Origin: an uncultured Candidatus Saccharibacteria bacterium | GTDB taxonomy: Bacteria > Patescibacteriota > Saccharimonadia > Saccharimonadales > AWTP1-31 | Assembly: GCA_964641545.1 (NCBI GenBank) | Contig: CAZXLT010000001.1 | Coordinates: 84,218-148,217, forward strand | Direction: 5' to 3' | DNA: 64,000 nt | Shown: piece by piece, positions 1 through 9,538 of the stretch | Layout: every line of letters begins with the position of its first letter | Position numbering within the stretch: position 1 is the stretch's first letter | Position numbers and translations under genes: made by a program | The notes under the pieces: generated by a model | Databases searched by the model: none | What the model was told of the DNA's origin: nothing | What the model saw: only the letters and a program-made list of their open reading frames with translations

Positions 1-126
1 TACGCTCAACAGTTGCGTCTTGCCAGTGCCCGGCCCGGCAATGACCAGCACTGGTCCGTCAATAGTGTCTACTGCCTCTCGCTGTGCGGCATTAAGCTGT
101 GCATAGGCTTCCTCAAACTTCCCCAT
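1..126 (-). CDS. UvrD/PcrA/Rep-family (SF1) DNA helicase, N-terminal fragment running off the window edge
   Basis: Reverse translation from ATG at 124-126 gives [42 protein letters not shown]. This is the LNxxQxxAV plus Walker A (GPGTGKT) pattern typical of UvrD-like helicases. It is truncated by the window, so it is absent from the ORF track. Confidence 0.7.
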   Translation of the reverse strand, partial: MGKFEEAYAQLNAAQREAVDTIDGPVLVIAGPGTGKTQLLSV

Positions 127-224
127 ATAGTTTATTGTACGCGAAGGTAGTTTATCTTGTCCTGTTAAAAAAGCTTGATTCAGAGTGAAGACAGGATTAT
201 GCTTGAGGTAGAAATAAGGAGGTA

Positions 225-737
225 GTGATGAGTGAGCAGCTCAGTGGGTTAGAAAATAAGATTGATAATGTGGTAAAGGATGCGCCGTTTCAGCTTCCTG
301 AGAAGTCACGAAAAAGCATTGTGAAATACATGCCAGTAATTTCTCTCGTAGTTGGTGTGTTGTCGTTGTGGGCGGCATATGCATTGTGGAATGCTGCACG
401 CGTTGTTGACCGGTTAGTAGACTTCAGTAACTCGCTAAGCCGTGCGTACGGTCTATCCGAACCCGCAGCAAGTCGTCTGAGTCTTATCGTTTGGGTTGGT
501 ATTGCCTTTCTCGCCGTTGAAGGAGTTCTGTATTTATTGGCATATCCAAAGCTTAAATCAGAAAGCAAGGCTGGCTGGAATCTATTGTTTTATGGTGCGC
601 TACTAAATCTCGTTCACGGCGTGGTGTTGTTATTTGATGGATACTATGGCGGCTTCGGGCGATTGTTTGGGACGCTGGTATCTAGTGCAATTGGCCTTTA
701 CTTTTTGTTCCAGATTCGTGCGTACTACAAAAACTAG
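225..737 (+). CDS. Small integral membrane protein, function unknown (about 4 predicted TM helices)
   Basis: AAGGAGG at 216-222 precedes GTG 225 / ATG 228. Hydrophobic segments include [39 protein letters not shown] and [12 protein letters not shown]. No recognised catalytic motif. Confidence 0.6.
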   Translation: MMSEQLSGLENKIDNVVKDAPFQLPEKSRKSIVKYMPVISLVVGVLSLWAAYALWNAARVVDRLVDFSNSLSRAYGLSEPAASRLSLIVWVGIAFLAVEGVLYLLAYPKLKSESKAGWNLLFYGALLNLVHGVVLLFDGYYGGFGRLFGTLVSSAIGLYFLFQIRAYYKN

Positions 738-842
738 TATTCGCTGTGAGAACTCACACCGGATGTGCTGCCTCTGTTATACTTATGCTTGAGGTACATA
801 ACAATTGATTTTAAAATGAAATCAATAGCGCAAAAGTAATAT

Positions 843-3437
843 ATGAAGAGGCATTCCTCTCACAAAATAAAAAAGCTCGTACACACACGGGTTACTAGGA
901 CCAAAACCAAGATATTTTCGCTTGGTTTTGACGACTGGTTTGGTTTTGCGTCCTTGTCATGGTTAGTGCTGAGTGTGGTTTACTGGGCTTATCTATCCGC
1001 AAGCCTGCACCAAAATAATGCAGACCAACTTGTAAACCCGTATTTGTTTGAGTCGTTCGACACATTTCGCTCGGCCTCATTGCCTGCAGCCCATACTTTT
1101 TTGCTCAAATGGCCACTGTTTTTGATTATAAAATTCTTCAACTTTAGTGATGGGGCGTTTGTCGCAGTCACGGTTGGAACTGTTTTGGCTACTATCCTTG
1201 GGTTTGTCTATTTACTCTATCGAATTGATCGACGTCCGTTTGTGTGGGGATCTATATGTTTGACGCTTGCTTCAATGCTACTATTCGTTCCAATCGAGCC
1301 GTATCCTGGCGCTGTGTTACCAGCAAATCTTGGCATGCTAACGACGCGGAATATTGAATATCTTATCTTTATTATTGCTGCGCTCGCGCTCATTACAGCG
1401 CGATCAGTGCGAACAAAGTACTACTGGATTGGTACTTTGGGGCTGGCTTTGTTGATTGCAAGCGACAAGTTATTTTTCGCACTCAGTATTGGTGCGGGGA
1501 TGATGCTTCTGGTAGGCTCATTGTTGTCGCGCAATAAGACAAGGGTTCGCGATGCCGGCCGTTCAGCACTGGCTGCAGTCATCGGCTATGTAGTATCGAC
1601 CGGCATACTTGTACTGGCTGCTGGGATCGGACTTACGCAGATTTCTTCGCCGGGCAGCAGTAACCCGTACGGTTTCGTTACGAGCATACACGAGTTACTA
1701 ACAGGATTATTCTTTGCAGTTTTCGGCGCCCTAACCAACGTAGGTGCAAATCCGCTTTTTGATATTGCCACACGCGAAACGGCACAAGCGGTTTTTTGGC
1801 AGCGGATCACCAACCCTAGTATTGGTGGATTTGTAATTAACCTTGTGTTGACATTACTCGGTGTCCTTTTGTCTGTGCGACTTATTATTGAGTGGCTACT
1901 GAGTCGAAAAACGCGCCCGAGCACAACCGGCTCCCTTGCCGTCTACCTGCTTGCGGCTTGTATAGTATCATTTATTATTTTTTCAGGAACCAAGCATTAC
2001 TTCCCGGTTGATGCACGATATCTGGCATTATTGCCATTTACGATCATTCTTGTGTTTGTAACCTATGTTCGCAAAGTTATGCTTCATCGATCCTCGGTAG
2101 TATTATTTGCGGGCATAATGTTTATGTGTTCGATACTTGGAGGTTTGGCATTTAAAACGAACTATCGGCAGAGTTTAGCGGCTCATGAACCGACAAATAA
2201 GCGTAATCGACTTGTCAGCCAGGTCGTGAAAAGCCATAAAGTCGATACCCTGCTCGGTGATTACTGGCGTGTGTTGCCGATTAAACACCTGTCAGAGAAA
2301 AGTGCACGCGTAACTCCTTTGGCAAACTGTACCGAACCACGACAAGCATTATCAAGCAAGGAATGGCAGCCAGATCTCAACAATAGTAGCTTTGCGTATT
2401 TGCTCTCATTTGACAAGAGCCTCACAGATTTTCCGAGCTGCAATCTTGAGCAAGTTACCAAAAGCTATGGTCGACCAAACGCCAGTGTTCTGGTTGCGGG
2501 CGAGCCTGAGAAGCCAAAGGAAATGGTCCTGTTCTATGACAAAGGCGCCAACAAAAGTGCGCCCGTATCCCTTGGGAATGTCGACGAATCCAGTCTTAGT
2601 ACGATAATCCCTACTCTAGCCCGTGATTTACGAAGGACGACGTGTAGCGCAAATCGTAAAACTATAATGAATGTTGTAGCCCACCAAGACGATGACATCC
2701 TGTTTCAAAACCCAGATCTTCAGCACGATATTAACGATTTGAATTGTATTCGAACTGTGTATGTAACGGCAGGTGATGCTGGTGGTGATCCGCAGTATTG
2801 GTTATCACGAGAAAAAGGCGCACAAGCTGCCTATAACCACATGCTTAAGCAGAATGCAATATGGGAAGAGCGCTCTATTAAACTTGAGACCGGGCAGTAC
2901 ATTACCGTTACTAATCCGCAGGGCAACCGATCGATATCGCTAATATTTTTACGATTACCAGATGGAAATATTCATGGAACAGGTTTTGCTGCAAGAAATT
3001 ACGAAAGTCTAGAGCGGTTGGTCGGGGGTTATACTACCGAGATCCACTCAGTCGATGGGCAGTCTACGTATGATAAATCATCATTAGCAAAAACGATTAC
3101 TGCAGTCATGGAAATATACCTGCCCGACGAGGTGCGTACCCAGGCGCAGCACTATTCAGGAGCAAGCTTTCCCGACCATAGCGACCACTCGATCGTTGGA
3201 GAGCTCACTAGCGAAGCCCACAGAGAGTTAAAAAATGCGAGTCAAGTTCCTCTAAAGTATTACGATGGCTATCCTGGTAGAGAACAGCCAGAAAACGTTT
3301 TTAACCAAGATCAGACAGAAAAATTCATGACATTTTTGGAGTATGCCAAACACGATGGTGGGGTGTGTAATACTATGGATACCTGTTTGGGTTCACCCAC
3401 TTATGGATCATATTTACGGCGTCAGTACCGTAGGTAG
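843..3437 (+). CDS. Fusion protein: N-terminal polytopic membrane domain (about 450 aa, GT-C-like topology) plus C-terminal PIG-L/LmbE-family deacetylase domain
   Basis: At least 10 hydrophobic helices lie in the first half. The C-terminal region has VVAHQDDDILFQNPD (AHPDDE-like zinc-binding motif of the LmbE/PIG-L family), VYVTAGDAGG and PDHSDHS. Confidence 0.7.
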   Translation: MKRHSSHKIKKLVHTRVTRTKTKIFSLGFDDWFGFASLSWLVLSVVYWAYLSASLHQNNADQLVNPYLFESFDTFRSASLPAAHTFLLKWPLFLIIKFFNFSDGAFVAVTVGTVLATILGFVYLLYRIDRRPFVWGSICLTLASMLLFVPIEPYPGAVLPANLGMLTTRNIEYLIFIIAALALITARSVRTKYYWIGTLGLALLIASDKLFFALSIGAGMMLLVGSLLSRNKTRVRDAGRSALAAVIGYVVSTGILVLAAGIGLTQISSPGSSNPYGFVTSIHELLTGLFFAVFGALTNVGANPLFDIATRETAQAVFWQRITNPSIGGFVINLVLTLLGVLLSVRLIIEWLLSRKTRPSTTGSLAVYLLAACIVSFIIFSGTKHYFPVDARYLALLPFTIILVFVTYVRKVMLHRSSVVLFAGIMFMCSILGGLAFKTNYRQSLAAHEPTNKRNRLVSQVVKSHKVDTLLGDYWRVLPIKHLSEKSARVTPLANCTEPRQALSSKEWQPDLNNSSFAYLLSFDKSLTDFPSCNLEQVTKSYGRPNASVLVAGEPEKPKEMVLFYDKGANKSAPVSLGNVDESSLSTIIPTLARDLRRTTCSANRKTIMNVVAHQDDDILFQNPDLQHDINDLNCIRTVYVTAGDAGGDPQYWLSREKGAQAAYNHMLKQNAIWEERSIKLETGQYITVTNPQGNRSISLIFLRLPDGNIHGTGFAARNYESLERLVGGYTTEIHSVDGQSTYDKSSLAKTITAVMEIYLPDEVRTQAQHYSGASFPDHSDHSIVGELTSEAHRELKNASQVPLKYYDGYPGREQPENVFNQDQTEKFMTFLEYAKHDGGVCNTMDTCLGSPTYGSYLRRQYRR

Positions 3438-3447
3438 TCAAGTGCGC

Positions 3448-3912
3448 TTAATTCCTGCCAAGTTGTAGTTTGCCGCCGTGAGCAATCGTGTTTGCAAGTG
3501 TTCTAAGGCTGAGCAACCCGTTATCATTACCGACATAAGAAAGCTTTTTCCCATCGGAAGTACTGAGCTTTTTATACTTGTTTAAGGTGATCTTGCTGCT
3601 TGATGGGATAAGCCATGTGTGCGTGGTGGCGGTTGGTCTGTGTAAGGGACGGCGGTCCTTTTTCGCCACTACAGGCCGTTTGCCGGTTTGGAGAATAACC
3701 GGCACATCAAGTATTTGCGCTGTATCTATGACGCGCTCAAGTGTGTGTGAAACAAATTTTATTTCGGGCTTGCGGATGATTGCATTATCTATTTGTTGTT
3801 CAGAAGCGAGACGCTGCCATTCTTTTAAAAAGTAGTTTACTTCATCAATTTCTTCGTGCAAATCAACAATTCTACGCATTCTTCCCTTTTTGCAAAATTG
3901 AGCAAGTATCAT
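3448..3912 (-). CDS. Hypothetical protein (154 aa)
   Basis: Long ORF convergent with the preceding gene (10-nt gap). No motif recognised. The alternative start at Met12 (MRRIVDL) cannot be excluded. Confidence 0.45.
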   Translation of the reverse strand: MILAQFCKKGRMRRIVDLHEEIDEVNYFLKEWQRLASEQQIDNAIIRKPEIKFVSHTLERVIDTAQILDVPVILQTGKRPVVAKKDRRPLHRPTATTHTWLIPSSSKITLNKYKKLSTSDGKKLSYVGNDNGLLSLRTLANTIAHGGKLQLGRN

Positions 3913-4099
3913 ATTTTGCAGTTAACTAATGTTTGTTTCGCCTCAACTAGCACAATGCTGTACTAGTCTCGTCTCAGGCAGAAAACAAGCATAACAATTA
4001 TCAACATAGCTCGCTAGGTTTTATATACAACGAAATTACTAATATTTTTTGTTCCCCTAACTCATTAATAAGGGGCGTGATTTATGCTTGAGCCACATG

Positions 4100-4122
4100 A
4101 AAAACCCAGTCTTTCGACTGGG
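4100..4122 (-). terminator. Rho-independent terminator downstream of tRNA-Gln
   Basis: On the - strand: CCCAGTC-GAAA-GACTGGG hairpin (7 bp) followed by TTTTT. Confidence 0.55.
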
Positions 4123-4130
4123 CCTTACAC

Positions 4131-4205
4131 TGGCTGGGATGGAGGGATTCGAACCCCCGAATGCCAGGACCAAAACCTGGTGCCTTACCACTTGGCCACA
4201 TCCCA
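4131..4205 (-). tRNA. tRNA-Gln (anticodon UUG), CCA encoded
   Basis: Manual cloverleaf: acceptor TGGGATG/CATCCCA (U1:A72, typical of bacterial Gln), anticodon stem CCAGG/CCTGG with loop TTTTGGT, T arm GGGGG-TTCGAAT-CCCTC, discriminator G, CCA. Confidence 0.9.
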
Positions 4206-4290
4206 TTATGGCGCACAGAACAGATAGATTTTACCGTAAACACGGCTTTTATTCAATCTGGTTACATTAGTAGTTTATACTTATTAGCAT

Positions 4291-5541
4291 ATGCGTATTA
4301 TAGAGCCGCGGCAACTGCCGCGTAAGAAGTCTCCGCAAACGCGGCAAGCATTTATGAAATGGTTTAGTATTTGCGGAACCGTGCTGATTGTATTGTACGC
4401 AGCAATGTTTGCATTTAGGTTTACCCGGCCACTTCCTCTACTTCATGCTGAGACAAAAAACATAACTGTTAAACCGAACCTACAGCCACTAACCCTGCCG
4501 ATCTACGGCCAGGTGGCGGCCGGTGCGGTTGGCTATGGTCAGCTTGCTAAAGCCGGTGAAAATAAACCCCAACCAATGGCCAGTATTGCAAAGGTAGTCA
4601 CAGCTTTAACGGTTCTTGATAAGAAGCCGCTTGCTAAAAATAGCCAAGGACCAACCTTGACACTTGATGCAACGGACGTAGAGCTATACAACGACTACTA
4701 CTCAAATGGTGGTTCAGTAGTTAAGGTAGTTGATGGCGAACAGATAACTCAGTACCAGGCTCTGCAAGCATTGCTGCTTCCCTCCTCTAATAATATGGCT
4801 GATTCACTAGCGCGCTGGAGTTTTGGCTCGGTCGAAGAATTTATAAAAGCGGCAAATGGTTACCTTGTTGAGAATGGCTTAAAACAAACAACGATGGCAG
4901 ACGCGAGTGGCTTTTCCGACGACACGGTAAGCACAGCTGAAGATCTTGTGGCACTTGGTGAACTGGCAGTTAAAAATCCAGTAGTTGCGGAGATTGCAGC
5001 GCAGTCATCTGCAGTGATACCTGTCGCTGGCGAAATAAGCAATGTTAACGTGTTGCTTGGCAGTGATGGCATTGATGGCATTAAAACTGGAAATACTGAT
5101 GAAGCAGGAGGTTGTTTTTTAACAACTGTGCTACACAAAGATGCATCCGGCGCTAAAGTGCGTCTGATTGTCGCAGTTATGGGTGCGGGGACATTAGAGC
5201 AAGCTATGCAAGATGCTCGTGATGTTCTGGCAGGAGTTGTCCAAGACTTTGCGACAGTAACGCTGAAAGCGGGTACTGAAGTTGGTTACTATGACGTACC
5301 TTGGGCAGGGCGTGTCACGGCGGTTACCAAAAGCGATATTACGCTTCTGCGTTGGCGAGGAACGATTGCTCGCGCATCAATTAATCTGCAGCAAATCCCT
5401 GCAAATACTAAAGCAGGAAGCGTAGTGGGGACGGCCAGGCTAACTGCTGGGCCTAACAGTGCTCAACAACCTGTCGTTTTGAAAAATGCGGTACAATCCG
5501 CATCAAACCGTTGGCGTTTTTGGAAGTCTGTTTCATTCTAA
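4291..5541 (+). CDS. Serine-type D-Ala-D-Ala carboxypeptidase (peptidase S11, PBP5/DacA-like) with N-terminal membrane anchor
   Basis: SxxK (ASIAK), SxN (SSNN) and KTG (KTGNT) penicillin-binding motifs in the correct order. N-terminal TM segment WFSICGTVLIVLYAAMFAF. Confidence 0.8.
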   Translation: MRIIEPRQLPRKKSPQTRQAFMKWFSICGTVLIVLYAAMFAFRFTRPLPLLHAETKNITVKPNLQPLTLPIYGQVAAGAVGYGQLAKAGENKPQPMASIAKVVTALTVLDKKPLAKNSQGPTLTLDATDVELYNDYYSNGGSVVKVVDGEQITQYQALQALLLPSSNNMADSLARWSFGSVEEFIKAANGYLVENGLKQTTMADASGFSDDTVSTAEDLVALGELAVKNPVVAEIAAQSSAVIPVAGEISNVNVLLGSDGIDGIKTGNTDEAGGCFLTTVLHKDASGAKVRLIVAVMGAGTLEQAMQDARDVLAGVVQDFATVTLKAGTEVGYYDVPWAGRVTAVTKSDITLLRWRGTIARASINLQQIPANTKAGSVVGTARLTAGPNSAQQPVVLKNAVQSASNRWRFWKSVSF

Positions 5542-5548
5542 CCGCGGG

Positions 5549-6268
5549 CTAAAGACCAAAAAAATCTTCCATTGTAAGGTTGGTGCCATGCAGCTCATTT
5601 GCAAGCTGCTGACCAACATAACGCAAATGCCATGGTTCGTATGAGTAGCCAGTTGATGCAGTTTTACCTTCTTGATAGCGAATAATAAACCCATAAGCAT
5701 GTGCATTCGCGGCAACCCATTTGCCTGCGTTGGTTGTGCCAAAGTATGATTCTAATTGACAGTTTTCCTTGTTGCACACATCGATAGCCATACCGGTTTG
5801 GTGCTCGCTTGTCCCTGGCTTGGCACTAGTGAGATCGGTTGCAGCTTGTCCATCCCTCGCAACGAAATTGTTGTAAACTTGTTTTTGATACGCTTCTGAC
5901 CGAAAGCCACTTGCGAGCAGTAGGTTATGTCCGGCACCTGCAGCATCTGCGAACAACCGTTCTATATCTGACTTCAGAACGGACCTCACCATCATTTCTT
6001 CGTTTGTGCTAGTCCCGCGTAGTGCAATATTTGGTGTTACAAGGTCATCGGGCCGATACCCAGAAGGTAAAGGTCGATTTTTATTTACAATCCACCAGAG
6101 ACTTCCAGGTTGGTCTGTAGAATATAATTTTTTATTAAACCCACCAGATTGTTGGGTGTTTTTTGGCTGGTTTGCTCCGCCAGATATATCACGGTCCTGG
6201 TAGCGACTTACGCGCCAGCCAATTCCTAGTATTAGACAAAGCACAACCAATGGAAGCCATCGTTTCAT
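5549..6268 (-). CDS. VanY-like D-alanyl-D-alanine carboxypeptidase (peptidase M15B), membrane anchored
   Basis: SEHQTGMAIDV and EPWHLRYVG, the zinc-ligand motifs of VanY/M15 carboxypeptidases. N-terminal TM segment WLPLVVLCLILGIGW. Confidence 0.8.
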   Translation of the reverse strand: MKRWLPLVVLCLILGIGWRVSRYQDRDISGGANQPKNTQQSGGFNKKLYSTDQPGSLWWIVNKNRPLPSGYRPDDLVTPNIALRGTSTNEEMMVRSVLKSDIERLFADAAGAGHNLLLASGFRSEAYQKQVYNNFVARDGQAATDLTSAKPGTSEHQTGMAIDVCNKENCQLESYFGTTNAGKWVAANAHAYGFIIRYQEGKTASTGYSYEPWHLRYVGQQLANELHGTNLTMEDFFGL

Positions 6269-6344
6269 TTCAATATATTATACGCTACTTTTGTCAATCT
6301 TCTTACGCTTGCACGTCCCGCAAAGTTTGCCGTAGAGTATAGCA

Positions 6345-7262
6345 ATGGCCTCGTCAAAGAATCCAGCTGATTACATAGTGCCGTTGTATATGAACGGACT
6401 GCAGGGTCGGATGCTTCGCCTACCTGCTCCGAAGAAAAAAAATCGCGAGATCTTATTTGTTTATGGACACCACGCAAGCATCGAGCGCCAGTTTGGTATA
6501 ACCGAGGTGCTGAATCGCTATGGTGCTGTCACTGTCCCAGACTTACCCGGCTTTGGTGGCATGCAAAGCTACTATCGCATTGGCGAAAAACCAACAATTG
6601 ATGCGTTAGCTGACTACCTAGCTTCATTTGTACAGCTAAGATACAAACGAAAACGGATTACTATTGTAGCGCTATCGCTTGGCTTTGCTATCACAACTCG
6701 AATGCTGCAAAAATATCCGGAGATTGCAAAAAAAGTTGACTTGCTTATTAGTGTCGTCGGTTTTGTTAATAATGAAGAGTTTCGATTCAAGCGACATAAC
6801 TATTGGTTGATGAGATGTAGCGCAAGTTTATTCTCAAACCGTATACCTGCCTGGATCGGGCATAATTTATTTCTTCGTCCGTCGTTTATTCGTGCAGTAT
6901 ACAAACTTCAGGCCAAATCTAACCCAAAGCTCAAAGATGCGAACATTGAAGAACGTGATAAGCGGATTGAATTCGAAGTAAAACTCTGGCAAATTAACGA
7001 ACTTCGGACCTATATGGAAACGGGTCTTTCAATGCTTAAACTCGATCTGTGCAATGCCCAGGTTGATCTACCGGTTTATCATGTTGCTGTGAGCAATGAT
7101 CGTTACTTTAATAACGATATTGTCGAGCAGCATCTCAACGTGATCTACAACAAAGTTACGATTATTCCGGCACGCTTGCCTGCTCATGCCCCAACGGTTG
7201 TAGCAACTGCCAAAGAGGCTATCGGTATCATCCCTATAAAAGTTCGCAAACTTCTTGCATAG
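6345..7262 (+). CDS. Alpha/beta-fold hydrolase
   Basis: HH-A-S oxyanion region (FVYGHHAS), PGFGGM, nucleophile-elbow-like VALSLGF (AxSxG variant), and a size typical of the fold. Confidence 0.6.
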   Translation: MASSKNPADYIVPLYMNGLQGRMLRLPAPKKKNREILFVYGHHASIERQFGITEVLNRYGAVTVPDLPGFGGMQSYYRIGEKPTIDALADYLASFVQLRYKRKRITIVALSLGFAITTRMLQKYPEIAKKVDLLISVVGFVNNEEFRFKRHNYWLMRCSASLFSNRIPAWIGHNLFLRPSFIRAVYKLQAKSNPKLKDANIEERDKRIEFEVKLWQINELRTYMETGLSMLKLDLCNAQVDLPVYHVAVSNDRYFNNDIVEQHLNVIYNKVTIIPARLPAHAPTVVATAKEAIGIIPIKVRKLLA

Positions 7263-7285
7263 CAGATCCTGGTATACTGGTAGTC

Positions 7286-8404
7286 ATGAGAATCGGTATA
7301 GTCTGTCCATATAACTATTTTCGGCCAGGCGGAGTCCAGACGTGTATTCGTGAGTTAAGCATTGAACTGCGTAGACGTGGACACTATGTACGTGTCATCG
7401 CACCAAAACCACGTGTCTTGCCAGATCAAATTGAAGATGGCGTTATATTGCTGGGTGGTTCAGCAGAGTTTAACACACCGTTTCATACTAAAGCTGACAT
7501 AGGAATCACGCGCGACACCGAACTTATTGATAATCTGTTTGAAAAAGAACAATTCGATATTTTGCATGTACACGAACCAGGGTTGCCCTTATTCGGGGTG
7601 CAGCTGATTGCACGGTCGACCGCAAAAAATATTGGCACCATGCACGCCTCCCTGCCCGACAGCATGATCAGCAAGTCATTTGAAAAACTAATGACTCCAG
7701 TAGCGCGCTACATCATGCCGCGACTTCATGCTGCAAGTGCAGTTTCGGAAGTAGCCAAGAATATTGCCCTTGGCTACGGCCCTAAAACCGACATACAGGT
7801 GATCCCGAACGGGATTCGATTAAGCAATTACAAGCCATCAAAAAGTCCCAAACGTAAGAACTCAAAAAAAACTATTTTATATGTTGGACGTCTCGAGACC
7901 AGAAAGGGCGTCGCGCATCTAATTCGTGCTTACGCAGACCTAGCCGAACGGCAAAAGGACGTGGAGTTAGTAATTGTCGGCGATGGTCGATTACGATCTC
8001 GCTTGGAGGCACAAGTTGCCAAATATCGCGTGCCGCACGTTTCATTCTTGGGCTTTGTTTCTGAAGAACGCAAGCAAGAACTTATGCAGGCCGCAGATAT
8101 TTTTTGTAGCCCCGCACTATTTGGTGAAAGTTTCGGGATTGTACTCTTAGAGGCAATGGCTTGCGGAGCTGTGGTTGTCTGCGGTAACAACCCTGGTTAT
8201 CAAACCGTAATGGTTGATCGTGGACGGTTGAGTTTAGTGGACCCCGAAGCGACAGAAGAATTTAGCCAGCGCTTAGAGCTGCTTTTGTACGACGAGGAGG
8301 TAAGGAGACTGTGGCTCAGCTGGGCGGAACAGCATGTTAAACAATTCGACTACCCGTTGGTTGTTGACCAGTATGAGAATCTGTATAAACGAGTTTTAGC
8401 GTAA
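7286..8404 (+). CDS. Glycosyltransferase family 4 (GT-B, retaining)
   Basis: C-terminal EX7E region SPALFGESFGIVLLEAMACG and VGRLETRKGV, typical of GT4. Confidence 0.8.
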   Translation: MRIGIVCPYNYFRPGGVQTCIRELSIELRRRGHYVRVIAPKPRVLPDQIEDGVILLGGSAEFNTPFHTKADIGITRDTELIDNLFEKEQFDILHVHEPGLPLFGVQLIARSTAKNIGTMHASLPDSMISKSFEKLMTPVARYIMPRLHAASAVSEVAKNIALGYGPKTDIQVIPNGIRLSNYKPSKSPKRKNSKKTILYVGRLETRKGVAHLIRAYADLAERQKDVELVIVGDGRLRSRLEAQVAKYRVPHVSFLGFVSEERKQELMQAADIFCSPALFGESFGIVLLEAMACGAVVVCGNNPGYQTVMVDRGRLSLVDPEATEEFSQRLELLLYDEEVRRLWLSWAEQHVKQFDYPLVVDQYENLYKRVLA

Positions 8405-8409
8405 TCCAT

Positions 8410-9531
8410 ATGAAGATTGGCTTTGTCCTCGACGATACGCTCGACGTTGCAGACGGCGTTCAGCAATATGTAAAAACACTAGGCGTTTGGCTAGAGTCCC
8501 AAGGACATACTGTTCACTACCTTGTTGCCTCATCTCGCGAAAATCCAAATGCTCGTGCGTTATCGAGAACTCTTGGTCTCAGGTTCAATAAAAATCGAGT
8601 ACGCTTGCCACTACCAGTGAGTAAACGTAAGCTCAAAAAAATATTACGCGAAGAAAGCTACGATGTTTTACACGTCCAAATGCCTTATGCTCCTTGGTTT
8701 TCGGGCAACATAATTTTGGCAGCACCATCATCAACTGCAATAGTTGGCACATTTCACGTTGTCGTAGACTCAGTGGCTGTGGCTAAGATTTCCACGGCGC
8801 TTCGTGTTGTCTACAGGAAGACTCGTCGGCGCTTCAATGAGGTATGTGCTGTTTCCCCTGCTGCTCAACAGTACCTTAAGAAAAGCATTGGGCTAGAAGC
8901 ACAGGTGATACCGAATGCGGTCAATCTTGCTAGATTTAGTGCTGCAAAAAAACGAACCGAGCTAGACAACAATAAAGTCACCATTCTTTTCTTGGGTCGA
9001 CTGGTTGAGCGTAAAGGTGTTGAGTATTTGTTAAAAGCTTTTGCATTGCTGCAGGACGGCGCGAACTACAGGCTTGTAATTGTTGGCGACGGACCGCTAC
9101 GTAAAAAACTGGAAGCGTTGGTTCGATCGCTCAACATTTCGTCGTCAGTACAGTTCGCAGGTTTTATTGATGAGGCAGACAAAGCGGGCTATCTTGCTGC
9201 GGCTGATATTGCTGTTTTTCCGGCAACGGGTGGTGAAAGTTTTGGGATCGTCCTGATAGAAGCGATGGCGGCGGGTGCAGGTGTTGTCGTTGGTGGTGAC
9301 AACCCTGGCTATAACTCGGTGCTCAGATCTTTGCCGCAAACGCTTTTTGCTCCCGCAGACAGCACAGAGTTGGCTCGGTGCCTAGAGCTATTCCTAAAGG
9401 ATAAAAAATTGAGCTCAACAATACATGCTGCACAGGCAAAACTTGTAAAACAGTACGATGTTGAAAATGTTGGCAAGCAGATCCTTCAGATGTACCACCA
9501 GGCTATACAGCAAATTGCAAAGGTGACATAA
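8410..9531 (+). CDS. Glycosyltransferase family 4 (paralogue of preceding gene)
   Basis: LGRLVERKGVEYLL and GGESFGIVLIEAMAAG. Lies 5 nt downstream of the previous GT4 gene. Confidence 0.8.
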   Translation: MKIGFVLDDTLDVADGVQQYVKTLGVWLESQGHTVHYLVASSRENPNARALSRTLGLRFNKNRVRLPLPVSKRKLKKILREESYDVLHVQMPYAPWFSGNIILAAPSSTAIVGTFHVVVDSVAVAKISTALRVVYRKTRRRFNEVCAVSPAAQQYLKKSIGLEAQVIPNAVNLARFSAAKKRTELDNNKVTILFLGRLVERKGVEYLLKAFALLQDGANYRLVIVGDGPLRKKLEALVRSLNISSSVQFAGFIDEADKAGYLAAADIAVFPATGGESFGIVLIEAMAAGAGVVVGGDNPGYNSVLRSLPQTLFAPADSTELARCLELFLKDKKLSSTIHAAQAKLVKQYDVENVGKQILQMYHQAIQQIAKVT

Positions 9532-9538
9532 TACGGTT

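Noticed and set aside
4088-4270. A 60-aa + strand ORF.
   Set aside because: It is the antisense of tRNA-Gln and its terminator, so it is spurious.
5549-6268. A possible vancomycin-resistance-like set: VanY-like peptidase, Ddl-like ligase (46014) and an FAD D-lactate-dehydrogenase-like oxidase (40892).
   Set aside because: The genes are 35-40 kb apart, and there is no VanX or VanR/S. VanH is an NAD-dependent 2-hydroxyacid dehydrogenase rather than a GlcD-type FAD enzyme. There is no cluster-level support.
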